From the NCBI GenBank assembly GCA_043803765.1, contig JAZDJQ010000007.1, forward strand, positions 1 to 55,504: 55,504 nucleotides of DNA, written 5' to 3'. The position numbers and the translations under genes are program-made. This DNA comes from Candidatus Iainarchaeum sp. (GTDB lineage: Archaea > Iainarchaeota > Iainarchaeia > Iainarchaeales > VGJJ01). Position 1 is the first letter of the stretch, and each line of letters begins with the position of its first letter. The notes under the pieces are model-generated. The model made no database searches and was not told the DNA's origin. It saw nothing but the letters and a program-made list of their open reading frames with translations. Of the stretch, positions 45,893-55,476 are shown piece after piece.

Positions 45893-48657
45893 CTGAAAAT
45901 ACTTACAAAAAGAAGCTAATTGAAGTAGCATTACCACTCGATTTGATAAATGAAGCCTCTTCCAAAGAAAAATCAATTAGACAAGGACATCCATCTACAA
46001 TGCATATATGGTGGGCAAGAAGAACTCTCGCAGCATCAAGGGCAGTATTATTTTCATCGCTAGTTGACGATCCTTCAGTTTATTGTTCGTCAGTTAAAGA
46101 AGCTAACAAGGAGCGAAAAAGAATTTTTAAAATTGTAACTGAACTTGTTCAATGGAAGACAGAGAACAAACGAGAGTTAAAGAAAAAGATTAGTGAATTA
46201 ATTAATAACTCCACAGATAACTCTCCACCACCAATTCTTGACCCGTTTAGTGGGGGTGGGACAATACCCTATGCCGCCCAAAACCTTGGTTTGGATGGGT
46301 ACGGCATTGATTTGAATCCAGTCGCGGTGATGGTGGGAAAAGGGTTAGTCGAAATTCCCCCTTTATTTTACGGTAAGCCGCCAATATGCAAGCAAAATAT
46401 TTTTGAGGGAGCGTGGACTGGGACAAAAGGTCTTGCTGAAGATATACGATATTTTGGCAAACTGCTAAAAGAGCAAGCATGCAGTAAAATTGGCAAATAT
46501 TATACCGATGATACAACGGATGGGAAAACAGTTATTGCTTGGTTGTGGTGTCACACAGTCAAATGCCAAAACCCCGCCTGTCGATTTGAAATACCTTTGA
46601 TAACAAACTCCAAATTATCAGAAAATTGCTTTATCCGACCCCACTATGAGGAAAAAAAATTAAAATTTAAACTCGCCAAAAAAAGCTCGTTATTTGGTAA
46701 CGCAACAAAAGAGGGTCGAGGTTCAAACTTTAAATGTATTAATTGTGGCCAGATATCATCAGATGAATATATCAAAAACGAAGGAAAAATGAAAAATCTA
46801 AAAAATAGATTAATGGCGGCAGTTATTGAAGAGAAAAAAGGGTTTGGGTTTAGAGAAGTAACTGACGCTGAAGAGCAAAACGCATTAAGTTGTTCACCTA
46901 ACTGGGAACCTTTGCAAGAAATAAATAAAACAACAGGCAATTTGATTCGTGCGAGTGGGTACGGAATAAATAAATGGAGCGACCTTTTCTTACCTCGACA
47001 ATTACTAGCATTGACGACATTTTCGGATTTAATAAATGACTTAATAAAAGAGCTAATTGACAAATCAAATATTTTGGATAAGACACATTTGCGAGATTAT
47101 GGTAAAGGTGATTTGGCCTATATTGAGGCCATTTGTGTCTATTTAACTTTTGCACTTGATCGTTGTGCAAATTACTGGTCAGCGTCTACTTTTTGGGGAG
47201 GAAGTTTTATTGTCCAGACCTTTCGAAGACAAACTGTTTCAATAGTATGGGATTACACGGAAGTTAACCCGTTTAGCAATTCAACGGGGAATTGGGATGG
47301 TGCAATTGATTGGGTCGCAAAAGTATTAGAAAACATCGATTCACACTCAAAAGGAGAAATCAAAAATTTAGACTCCTCAAAAACTCTTGATTTTAATGAG
47401 CTTAAACCACTAATTTCAACAGACCCCCCGTATTATGACAATATTGATTATGCTGAACTGTCAGATTATTTCTACGTTTGGATGAGACCTCTGTTAAGCA
47501 GCATATACCCGGACATATTTGCCACATTATTAACCCCAAAATCACAAGAGTTAATTGCGGCCCCCCACCGATTTGATGGGGACAAGGAAAAAGCAAAAGA
47601 ACATTTTCTAAATAATATGTCCGCTTGTTTTACGTTAATACGAAAAAAGATTAATGAGGATTTTCCATTAACAGTTTACTATGCGTATAAACAAACTGAA
47701 ACAGATGATAATTCTCACGGGGAAAAAGAACTATCTTCAACTGGGTGGGAAACAATGTTAACCAGTTTAATTGCCGCGGGATTCAAAGTGGTCGGTACTT
47801 GGCCAATGCGGACAGAAAGATTTCAAGGGTTTAAATCAGGGAAGAATTATCTTGCATCATCGGTTGTAATTGTGTGTCGTCCTAGAAATGAAAATGCGCC
47901 AATAGCGACACGGAGAGAGTTCTTAAGTTCTCTAAAAAAAGAACTTCCGTCCGCTTTGAAGAATTTGCAGGATGCGGACATTGCTCCGGTTGATTTGGCA
48001 CAGTCTGCTATTGGGCCCGGCATGGCGATTTTTTCGCGATTTTCAAAGGTATTAGAGGCGGATGGTTCGCCAATGAGTGTTCGAACCGCGTTGCAATTAA
48101 TTAATCAGGAATTGTCCGGTTTTTTGTCGGCACAGGAGTCTGATTGGGATAAAGAAACGCGGTTTTGTATTGCTTGGTTTGAGCAGTTTGGTTGGAGTGA
48201 CGCGCCTTTTGGGGACGCGAACACGTTGGCGCAGGCAAAGGGAACGGCTGTAAATGGTTTGGAACGTGTGGGGGTTGTTTTAGCTCGCGGAGGACGAGTT
48301 CGATTGGTTAAGCGCGAAGACTTGTCTTCAGAGTGGGACCCTTTGTTGGATAAGCATTTGACTGTTTGGGAGTGTGTGCAGCATTTAATTCGGATTTTGG
48401 AAGAAAAGGGTGAGACGGAAGCGGCTAAAATATTGAACAAATTGGGTGGTTTGAAAGAGACGGTTAAAGAGTTGGCATATGCATTATATGCGATTTGTGA
48501 GAAAAAGGGCTGGTCGGAAGAGGGTTTAGCCTATAATGCTTTAATTTCTTCTTGGCAATCAATTACTGATAAGGCACAATTTGGAGAAAAAACATCAGCA
48601 AAAACTAAACAAGACTTGAAGGATAAATCTCAAAAAAAGTTGTTTGAATCTGGGTGA
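45889..48657 (+). CDS. DUF1156-type adenine DNA methyltransferase
   Basis: KKLIEVALPL, HIWWARR, DPFSGGGTIP, TDPPYYD. Confidence 0.92.
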   Translation: MTENTYKKKLIEVALPLDLINEASSKEKSIRQGHPSTMHIWWARRTLAASRAVLFSSLVDDPSVYCSSVKEANKERKRIFKIVTELVQWKTENKRELKKKISELINNSTDNSPPPILDPFSGGGTIPYAAQNLGLDGYGIDLNPVAVMVGKGLVEIPPLFYGKPPICKQNIFEGAWTGTKGLAEDIRYFGKLLKEQACSKIGKYYTDDTTDGKTVIAWLWCHTVKCQNPACRFEIPLITNSKLSENCFIRPHYEEKKLKFKLAKKSSLFGNATKEGRGSNFKCINCGQISSDEYIKNEGKMKNLKNRLMAAVIEEKKGFGFREVTDAEEQNALSCSPNWEPLQEINKTTGNLIRASGYGINKWSDLFLPRQLLALTTFSDLINDLIKELIDKSNILDKTHLRDYGKGDLAYIEAICVYLTFALDRCANYWSASTFWGGSFIVQTFRRQTVSIVWDYTEVNPFSNSTGNWDGAIDWVAKVLENIDSHSKGEIKNLDSSKTLDFNELKPLISTDPPYYDNIDYAELSDYFYVWMRPLLSSIYPDIFATLLTPKSQELIAAPHRFDGDKEKAKEHFLNNMSACFTLIRKKINEDFPLTVYYAYKQTETDDNSHGEKELSSTGWETMLTSLIAAGFKVVGTWPMRTERFQGFKSGKNYLASSVVIVCRPRNENAPIATRREFLSSLKKELPSALKNLQDADIAPVDLAQSAIGPGMAIFSRFSKVLEADGSPMSVRTALQLINQELSGFLSAQESDWDKETRFCIAWFEQFGWSDAPFGDANTLAQAKGTAVNGLERVGVVLARGGRVRLVKREDLSSEWDPLLDKHLTVWECVQHLIRILEEKGETEAAKILNKLGGLKETVKELAYALYAICEKKGWSEEGLAYNALISSWQSITDKAQFGEKTSAKTKQDLKDKSQKKLFESG

Positions 48658-48661
48658 AATC

Positions 48662-51442
48662 ATGTTGAAACCGTGGAGAGAGGTTATTGTTCCGCACAAG
48701 GACGTTGCTAGTGGTAAGTATTCGCAGGCTGAGTTTGCGGCAGATTTGGCAGAGGTTTTGGCCGGAACCGCTTCGGTTGAGTATCAAGATCCTAAGGAAT
48801 TTTTTCATCGAACGTATTTGACTGAAGGCTTGCGTCTATTGTTGGCGTCAGCGCTTCGACGAACCGGGGGAATTAATGGGGAGCCTATTATTCAGTTAAA
48901 AACAGCGTTTGGTGGGGGTAAAACCCATACAATGTTGGCTATTTTTCATTTGTTTAATGGAAAGAAAAATGTTCAAGAATTAGCTTCTGTTCAAGAATTG
49001 CTTAAGTTGGTTGGTTTGTCGGAAATTCCGAAAGCCAAAATTGTGGTGTTGGTGGGTACTGCGTTAGATCCCTCTAAACCAACGAATCCTAAAAATTTGG
49101 GTTTTTCGGTTAATACGCTATGGGGAGAACTTGCATATCAATTAGGGGGTCGCGACGCATATTTAATTGTGAAAGAGGCGGACCAAAAAAGTGTGGCGCC
49201 AGGTGCAAACACGTTGATTGATTTGTTTCAAAAATTTGGACCGTGTATTATTTTGATTGATGAATTGGTTGCATATACGAGGAACATTTACAATCATAAT
49301 GGATTGCCGAGTGGTTCTTTTGAATCGATAATGACTTTTGTTCAAAATTTGACGGAAGCTGTCAAACGTTCAAAGAATTCAATGGTTATTGCGGCAGTGC
49401 CGGAATCCAACATTGAGATTGGTGGTGAGGGTGGGCAAGCGGCATTGGAGCGATTGGAGAATACTTTTGGGCGCTTGGAAGCGGTTTGGAAACCGGTTAA
49501 AGCCAATGAAAGTTTTGAGATTGTTCGAAGACGATTATTTGAAACTGTTCAAGATGAGAAGGCACGTGAAGAAGTTTGTCGAGCGTTTAGCAAAATGTAT
49601 GCTTCTTCGGGCAACGAGTTTCCGATTGAATGCAAAGAAGCAACCTATTTGAATCGATTGCGAGAAGCATATCCAATTCATCCAGAGGTTTTTGACCGAT
49701 TGTATTCGAATTGGTCGACATTGGAACGATTTCAACGAACACGCGGCGTATTGCGTTTAATGGCAGCCACGATTCACGAATTATGGGTAGCGGGAGACAA
49801 ATCATTATTGATTATGCCAGGGTCTATTCCATTGGATAGTCCAAAAGTAAGAGACGAATTAACCAAGTATTTATCAGATGAATGGAATGGAATCGTGGAT
49901 TCGGATATTGATGGGGATAATTCAGAACCAAAAAAATTGGATGCAACAAACAAGCGGTTTGGTGCTGCCAGTGCTGCTCGAAGAGTGGCTCGAACCATTT
50001 TTTTGGGAAGTGCACCGTCTTCTAACGAACAAAAAAATCGTGGAATCGAAAATGTTCGAATTTTACTCGGAGTTGTCCAACCGAATGAACAATTATCAAC
50101 TTTTCATGATGCGCTAGCCACGTTGTCGCAGCGATTAACTTTTTTGTATTATCAAGGGAACCGTTATTGGTATGACGCACACCCGAATTTGAGAAAAACA
50201 GTGGAAGACCGAGCAGGCCGATTGGATCATGAAGAGGTTTTAAGCGAAATAAACAAACGAATGCATGCAATTAGGGAAAAAGGAGTTTTTGCTGGAATTC
50301 ATATTTGCCCAAAAAGCGAAGATGTTTCAGACGATGATGAAGCACGGTTAGTGGTTCTTTCTTCAGTTGAATCCTACAAAAAAAATAGCCAAATTTGTCA
50401 GGCAATAATTAGTACTAAAGAAATTCTTGAAAAAAAAGGAAACACGCCACGGCAATACCGAAACATGTTATTGTTTTTGGCACCTGACCAAGACGTAATA
50501 GTCACATTGGAAACCACTGCAAGAGACTTTTTAGCATGGCAATCGGTTCTGGATGACAAGGAAGCATTAAACTTGGATGCTCACCAATCCAGACAAGCCA
50601 CTGAACACGTTGAAAAATTGAATCAGTTGATTGACCATCGCTTAATCGAAGCGTATGTTTGGCTGTTGGTTCCAACTCAAGAAGAAACAAAACCAATTAC
50701 TTTTGAAGCCGTCAAAATTACGCGGGGCGATGGAACTTTTGTTGCAAGAGCCTCAAAACAAGTTGTAAGCGATGAATTATTGATTACGCGATGGTCTTCT
50801 GCCTTGCTAAAAAACGAATTGGAAAAATGGTTTTTTAAAGACCAAAACCAAGTAAACGTAAAAAAATTGTGGGAATATTTTGCTTCATACGTTTATTTGC
50901 CACGGCTTAAAGATGCCAACGTATTAGTTGAGTGTATAAAAGAAGGCTTGAGAAGCCAAGATTTTTTTGGTTATGCACCAACCGTAGAAAAAAATGGCAA
51001 GTATGTTGGACTTGAATTTGGAAACCCAGGTGCAGTCGTGGTTTTAGACGCTTTAAGCGTTTTAATTCGAAAAGAAACCGCCATTCAAGTTGCTATTGAA
51101 GAGGCAAAACAAAAACAACAAGTAGGATTAGAATCCCACGTTCCAGTTTCGGGTTTGACCTCAGAAAAATCCGAAAAAGAAACACTTGAAGAAGCAAAAA
51201 AACAAAAACTAACACGATTTTATGGCCACGTCGAATTAGACCCAACCAGATTATCAAGAGACGCAGGCGTAATCGCAGAAGAAATCGTCCAACACTTGGT
51301 TTCACTGCCTTCGCACGAAGTAAAAATTTCATTGGATATTGCGGCCAAAGTTTCAGATGGAATTCCACCAGAAAAAGTGCGAATTATTCTTGAAAACGCC
51401 AAAACACTAAAATTTATCACGAAAGAGTTTGAAAAAAACTGA
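48662..51442 (+). CDS. DUF499 AAA+ ATPase
   Basis: PWREV..PH.DV, EFAADL, QLKTAFGGGKTH, ILIDE, YPIHPE, FQRTRGVLR; ggtga RBS before ATG 48662. Confidence 0.92.
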   Translation: MLKPWREVIVPHKDVASGKYSQAEFAADLAEVLAGTASVEYQDPKEFFHRTYLTEGLRLLLASALRRTGGINGEPIIQLKTAFGGGKTHTMLAIFHLFNGKKNVQELASVQELLKLVGLSEIPKAKIVVLVGTALDPSKPTNPKNLGFSVNTLWGELAYQLGGRDAYLIVKEADQKSVAPGANTLIDLFQKFGPCIILIDELVAYTRNIYNHNGLPSGSFESIMTFVQNLTEAVKRSKNSMVIAAVPESNIEIGGEGGQAALERLENTFGRLEAVWKPVKANESFEIVRRRLFETVQDEKAREEVCRAFSKMYASSGNEFPIECKEATYLNRLREAYPIHPEVFDRLYSNWSTLERFQRTRGVLRLMAATIHELWVAGDKSLLIMPGSIPLDSPKVRDELTKYLSDEWNGIVDSDIDGDNSEPKKLDATNKRFGAASAARRVARTIFLGSAPSSNEQKNRGIENVRILLGVVQPNEQLSTFHDALATLSQRLTFLYYQGNRYWYDAHPNLRKTVEDRAGRLDHEEVLSEINKRMHAIREKGVFAGIHICPKSEDVSDDDEARLVVLSSVESYKKNSQICQAIISTKEILEKKGNTPRQYRNMLLFLAPDQDVIVTLETTARDFLAWQSVLDDKEALNLDAHQSRQATEHVEKLNQLIDHRLIEAYVWLLVPTQEETKPITFEAVKITRGDGTFVARASKQVVSDELLITRWSSALLKNELEKWFFKDQNQVNVKKLWEYFASYVYLPRLKDANVLVECIKEGLRSQDFFGYAPTVEKNGKYVGLEFGNPGAVVVLDALSVLIRKETAIQVAIEEAKQKQQVGLESHVPVSGLTSEKSEKETLEEAKKQKLTRFYGHVELDPTRLSRDAGVIAEEIVQHLVSLPSHEVKISLDIAAKVSDGIPPEKVRIILENAKTLKFITKEFEKN

Positions 51443-51777
51443 ATTCTTCTAAGCCAAAAAGCCAAAGAATAAAATCAAAGACGGCAAATCTAAGTGTGCT
51501 ACTTTCAAATTCTAACCGTTTAAACGAAAAAGAAGACAAGGTATGGCTGATTTTGAAGATTAGCCTTTCGTGGAAAAAACGAGAAAGTACAAGGAAAATG
51601 TAAATGCGGGTATACATTCAAGCCAAAGGATTTGGACTAGAATTTAGGCTGGTGACGGTTTTTCATTTGGGTTTAATTCCGTTAAAAATCGTCTTGTTCA
51701 CGGCGGTTTGCCCCCCATATACGATATTTAAGGGAAAAGTCATCTTTATTTATAAAAGACCAAATCTTGGACAACGT

Positions 51778-52359
51778 ATGGACCAGCTAGATCAGACTAT
51801 GAGCAATTTGAACGAAGTTGATCGATTCATTCTATTACTTCTACGTGCAAACAAATACGCACCAGTCCCTGGAGCACTCTGGCTTCAAAAAGAACTCTTC
51901 CTTCTCAAAGAGCTGTTTCCAAGTTTAGAAAATGAAACCGATTTTGCTCCATATTTCATGGGCCCACATAGCGAAATTGTTCAGCAGGAAGCAGATGAAT
52001 TAGTTGAATCGAATCTTATTCAACAAAAAAACGGAAAAATTATCCTAACCAATTTAGGGAAAGAAGTAGCTGATAAACTATCAAGAAAGGCAGAAAAATA
52101 TGAACTAGAAAAAATTGAAGAGTTTAAGGATTTTCTGAATGACTTAAGCAAAGACGAATTGTTGGCATTCATCTATTTTTCATTCATGAGTGAAGAGGAT
52201 CTCAAACGCGAATCGGTTGAATTTCCAACTATTTCAAAAAACAGAAAAAAATTGGCAGTTTCACTATATCAAAAAGAAAAAGTCAGTCTCGAAAAAGCAG
52301 CACAAATAGCCGGAATCCCAATTGACGAATTCGTGGATGAAGTGAAGCTGGTGGCATGA
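51778..52359 (+). CDS. SocA/DUF4065-like wHTH fused to a UPF0175-like antitoxin domain
   Basis: LQKELFLL...F.PY.MGP.S; C-terminal LAVSLYQKEKVSLEKAAQIAG; tttataaa TATA before ATG 51778. Confidence 0.7.
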   Translation: MDQLDQTMSNLNEVDRFILLLLRANKYAPVPGALWLQKELFLLKELFPSLENETDFAPYFMGPHSEIVQQEADELVESNLIQQKNGKIILTNLGKEVADKLSRKAEKYELEKIEEFKDFLNDLSKDELLAFIYFSFMSEEDLKRESVEFPTISKNRKKLAVSLYQKEKVSLEKAAQIAGIPIDEFVDEVKLVA

Positions 52360-52835
52360 TGAAAATATTAGATGCGATGTCTGTTATCGCTTTCCTCAAA
52401 GAAATGAAATTCCAAGAAGGGCTTGAAATCCTTTCAAAAAAATATGAACTAATTATCCCATTAGCAGTTTGTCTTGAAGTAAAAAAGTCACCAGAAAAGG
52501 AACTACTCAAACAACTTACCGAAAAAAAAGTAGTTAAAATAGTCCAAGTGGACGCAGAAAAAGTAGCACAGCTCAAAAAAGAAGTTGGTGGGACACTCGG
52601 CGATGGAGAAAGTGAAGCAATAATTTACGCCATCGAAAAGAAAGATGGAAAAAAAATTTGTCTGGTTTCGGACGACCGATTTGCCCGGAAAAAATTCGAT
52701 AAAACCATCAATTTTAAGTGGACAGAGCGCCTATTAGAGATTATGCAAGAGAACGAACTAATTACAAAAGAGGTATACCGTGAAAAACTGGACCTTCTTA
52801 GTCATTCAACCTTTTACTCGAGGAAAAAGAAATGA
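52356..52835 (+). CDS. PIN-domain protein (DUF3368/VapC-like)
   Basis: ILDA, IP.AV..E, LG.GE.EAI, LVSDD..AR. Confidence 0.85.
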   Translation: MMKILDAMSVIAFLKEMKFQEGLEILSKKYELIIPLAVCLEVKKSPEKELLKQLTEKKVVKIVQVDAEKVAQLKKEVGGTLGDGESEAIIYAIEKKDGKKICLVSDDRFARKKFDKTINFKWTERLLEIMQENELITKEVYREKLDLLSHSTFYSRKKK

Positions 52836-53998
52836 CCTCCCACATCAGTACGGAAACCATTTCAAGAGATAATGAAAAATCCTATTTCCGCAGTATGAGA
52901 GCAAAATTTAGCGGCCGTGAAATTATCACACCAATGAAGGCACTCGACGCCTCAAAGCTACAATCAAAAATAAACATTAATCCAAAGGCGCATGGTTTCA
53001 AAGAGATATACCGAGAAATCACACCCGATAAAGCGACAGCGATAGACAAAGACCGAGCGACTCACGACCAATTCACGCGAGAAATGATAAATCTAGAAAA
53101 TAGAGGGGACCCAGAAGAAACAAAAATATGCTTTATCCGCTATGTAGGAAAAGAAAACCCGTTTCCAAACCAGAAACAAATTGATGTTTTAGCTGACGTT
53201 GCACACAGTTTCTCCGACATTACCCCATTGCCACTTCTTGATGTAAAGATAAGCGATACTACTTTTGATCGATACACCGATTTTGTAAAAAGAAGTTATG
53301 AGTCGATCGAAAAATTAAACAAGAAACCGATTATGGGAGCTTTACCGCACGTTTCGCGTGAACTTCACCGAAAACTAATTGATTTTTATCACAAAATAGG
53401 TCTGACAAGTTTCTATATTGATTTTGATGGGCAAATGCCAACTGAACTGAGAACCCGCCCAATTCGAACACAATTAAATGATCTAAAAATTCTGGATAAA
53501 TCGCTGATTTATGGCATTAATGCAAAACCAGGTCATACACTCAAAAATCAAAATATTGTTCCAGCTAAAGATTTTCTTTCCTTCGGCTACGGAGTGGATA
53601 TCCTTGGAGAAAGTCATGTACGAATGAAAGCCCCGAAGATTGTCTTTGAGAAAATGAAGCAAGCTATCGAAAATCAACAAGTGAATAAGCGGCGCATATT
53701 TTTCAAATCAGACTATGGTTATTATAAAACGAACAAGAAAAACGATTTGGCTGAAATTTTTCCAAACGATACAGGTATTAAGTTGGACGACATTTTGAAT
53801 GATAATTTCAAAACAGCGCAAAAGCTATTCAATATGGAACAGCAAGGAATTGAAGCAGCCAAAATAAAGAAAAGACTAAATGAACTTGATAAAAATGAAA
53901 CAATCCTAGACTATTTGAAAGGAAAAAAGTATATTCAAAGCGAATTAAAATTATTGAAAGCTAAAAACAATCAGCAAAAAACATTGTCAGGTTATTAG
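52832..53998 (+). CDS. Hypothetical protein, possibly a TGT-like TIM barrel
   Basis: 388-aa ORF coupled to the PIN gene; R....F.G..I.TP, SDI and GVDIL recall the tRNA-guanine transglycosylase layout (fold call is tentative). Confidence 0.55.
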   Translation: MTSHISTETISRDNEKSYFRSMRAKFSGREIITPMKALDASKLQSKININPKAHGFKEIYREITPDKATAIDKDRATHDQFTREMINLENRGDPEETKICFIRYVGKENPFPNQKQIDVLADVAHSFSDITPLPLLDVKISDTTFDRYTDFVKRSYESIEKLNKKPIMGALPHVSRELHRKLIDFYHKIGLTSFYIDFDGQMPTELRTRPIRTQLNDLKILDKSLIYGINAKPGHTLKNQNIVPAKDFLSFGYGVDILGESHVRMKAPKIVFEKMKQAIENQQVNKRRIFFKSDYGYYKTNKKNDLAEIFPNDTGIKLDDILNDNFKTAQKLFNMEQQGIEAAKIKKRLNELDKNETILDYLKGKKYIQSELKLLKAKNNQQKTLSGY

Positions 53999-54086
53999 CC
54001 GGCGGCGAGCCCTTCAAGCGAGCGGCCGACAGCAAAGATAAGGCGAGGGAGCGAACGAAGGGAGCGCCCGAGCCGACGTTAAAAAA

Positions 54087-54212
54087 TCATTCTTTTACCC
54101 ACCAGTTATGTTTTCCGCCGCGTGGGCATGTGTCTGGGTTTGGTTTTTGGTTTGCGTTATTGGTTGTTTCTTCTTTGTGGCATCTTGTGCATTCTAGTGT
54201 ATATTTTGGAAT
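54087..54212 (-). CDS. Zinc-ribbon microprotein (ATT start, or pseudogene)
   Basis: (I/M)PKYTLECTRCHKEETTNNANQKPNPDTCPRGGKHNWWVKE*; CxxC...C-x5-H; in-frame stop four codons upstream. Confidence 0.4.
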   Translation of the reverse strand: MPKYTLECTRCHKEETTNNANQKPNPDTCPRGGKHNWWVKE

Positions 54213-54260
54213 AGTATCGAACTAAAGGCTCGCCTGCTGTTTTTGACTCTGGGACATAAT

Positions 54261-55250
54261 TCAGCCTGCCATGTGGTTGGCTGAGTAGTTGTGTAGGGTG
54301 GCTCTTGTGAGTGCGGTGGTGATGATTCTTTGGGTTATTTTTTGTGGTATTTTTCCGAATTTTCTTTTGTCTTTTGAGAAGTTGTATTCGCTTTTTACTC
54401 GTTTAAAATAGTCCGCGAGAAAAACAAATGGTGTTTCGATAATTTTTTTGATTAATTCTTTCCATTCTTTTGGTCCTTTGATTGTGCTATTCTTTTTTGG
54501 GATGACGATTACTTGCGTGGGCTTGCCCACGCAATCGAAAATAGATTGGTAAGAATAATATTTATCGAGTCTCATGCTGTTGAAGACGAATCCCGATTTT
54601 TTAGCGAGACGTAACGCTTCTTGAAATAGTTCTTTTTCTGATTTGAATCCGGCCGCAAATCCAACGTAAACATTTGTGTCAATGTCGAGGATTGCGACGC
54701 TCATCAAGTATTCTTTTCGATCACTCGTTTCTCTTTCTTCTTTCAAATCTTTTTCACGATCTTTTCGATAATGTTTCGAGATAAATAATCCTATTCCTGT
54801 TCCGTCCGCGCTCGAATCTACGCTTCGCGGTTCGCCCGAACTCATCACGAAAAGATTGTGTAAAATGATTGCCACAATAGGATCCGAGTAAGCGCGTTCA
54901 ATAGTTTTGTAACTGAATGTTGTTTCTCCGTTTAACAAAAACATTAATGAAAAACATTCCATTTCGCGATTCGTGAACTCGAATAGGACTTGGAATAAAT
55001 GGATTTTTGTCAAAAGAATTCTATCTTTTGGCGGTCGGCCGGGCCGACCATTCACCATCGTAATGGGTTCGACTGCGCGATCCACGTCCGAGTGAATACG
55101 TTCGATTACGGCGCGCATTTCTCCGCGAAGTTTTTGGTCGTATTCTTTTGAAAACGGTTTCTTTTCAATCGAAAAATTTTCCGAATAATATTTTTTTAGC
55201 CACTCTAACTCGGCTAATGTTGTTTCCAATTTTATATTTGTCAAACGCAT
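54261..55250 (-). CDS. DDE transposase
   Basis: GRPP, DSSADGTG, RLDKYY, Y.KR..SE..FS..KR.FG; likely start ATG 55250. Confidence 0.88.
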   Translation of the reverse strand: MRLTNIKLETTLAELEWLKKYYSENFSIEKKPFSKEYDQKLRGEMRAVIERIHSDVDRAVEPITMVNGRPGRPPKDRILLTKIHLFQVLFEFTNREMECFSLMFLLNGETTFSYKTIERAYSDPIVAIILHNLFVMSSGEPRSVDSSADGTGIGLFISKHYRKDREKDLKEERETSDRKEYLMSVAILDIDTNVYVGFAAGFKSEKELFQEALRLAKKSGFVFNSMRLDKYYSYQSIFDCVGKPTQVIVIPKKNSTIKGPKEWKELIKKIIETPFVFLADYFKRVKSEYNFSKDKRKFGKIPQKITQRIITTALTRATLHNYSANHMAG

Positions 55251-55274
55251 GACGATAGTATGACCGATAAAAGT

Positions 55275-55300
55275 ATAAGGATATCGTTGGATATCCTTAT
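55275..55300. promoter_or_regulatory. Inverted repeat between the divergent IS genes
   Basis: ataaggatatc-gttg-gatatccttat, perfect 11-bp arms. Confidence 0.6.
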
Positions 55301-55314
55301 GGAGTGTGAAAAAA

Positions 55315-55476
55315 ATGTCTCGAAAAGTAGAAGTAACCAGCAAAGAATTCAAACTCACCGACAAAAAAGTGACGATTATTCTCGAACGAACCGTCACACC
55401 GTTCGGAAACTCAGCCAAAGCCGACGTCCCACTAAAATACGTCAATAAACGAGCATACGTGGTAATTTTGAACTAA
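55315..55476 (+). CDS. DUF2080-like transposon-associated small protein
   Basis: MSRKVEVTSKEFKLTDKKVTIILERTVTPFGNSAKADVPLKYVNKRAYVVILN; V.PFGNSAK...P..Y..KRAYV motif; missing from the ORF track. Confidence 0.8.
   Translation: MSRKVEVTSKEFKLTDKKVTIILERTVTPFGNSAKADVPLKYVNKRAYVVILN

Noticed and set aside
51443-51777. Possible gene or RNA in the 335-bp gap
   Set aside because: No convincing ORF, repeat or structure beyond the downstream TATA box
55251-55448. N-terminal extension of the transposase ORF and the 55260-55448 ORF
   Set aside because: The region is better explained by the DUF2080-like gene at 55315-55476 and the divergent promoter
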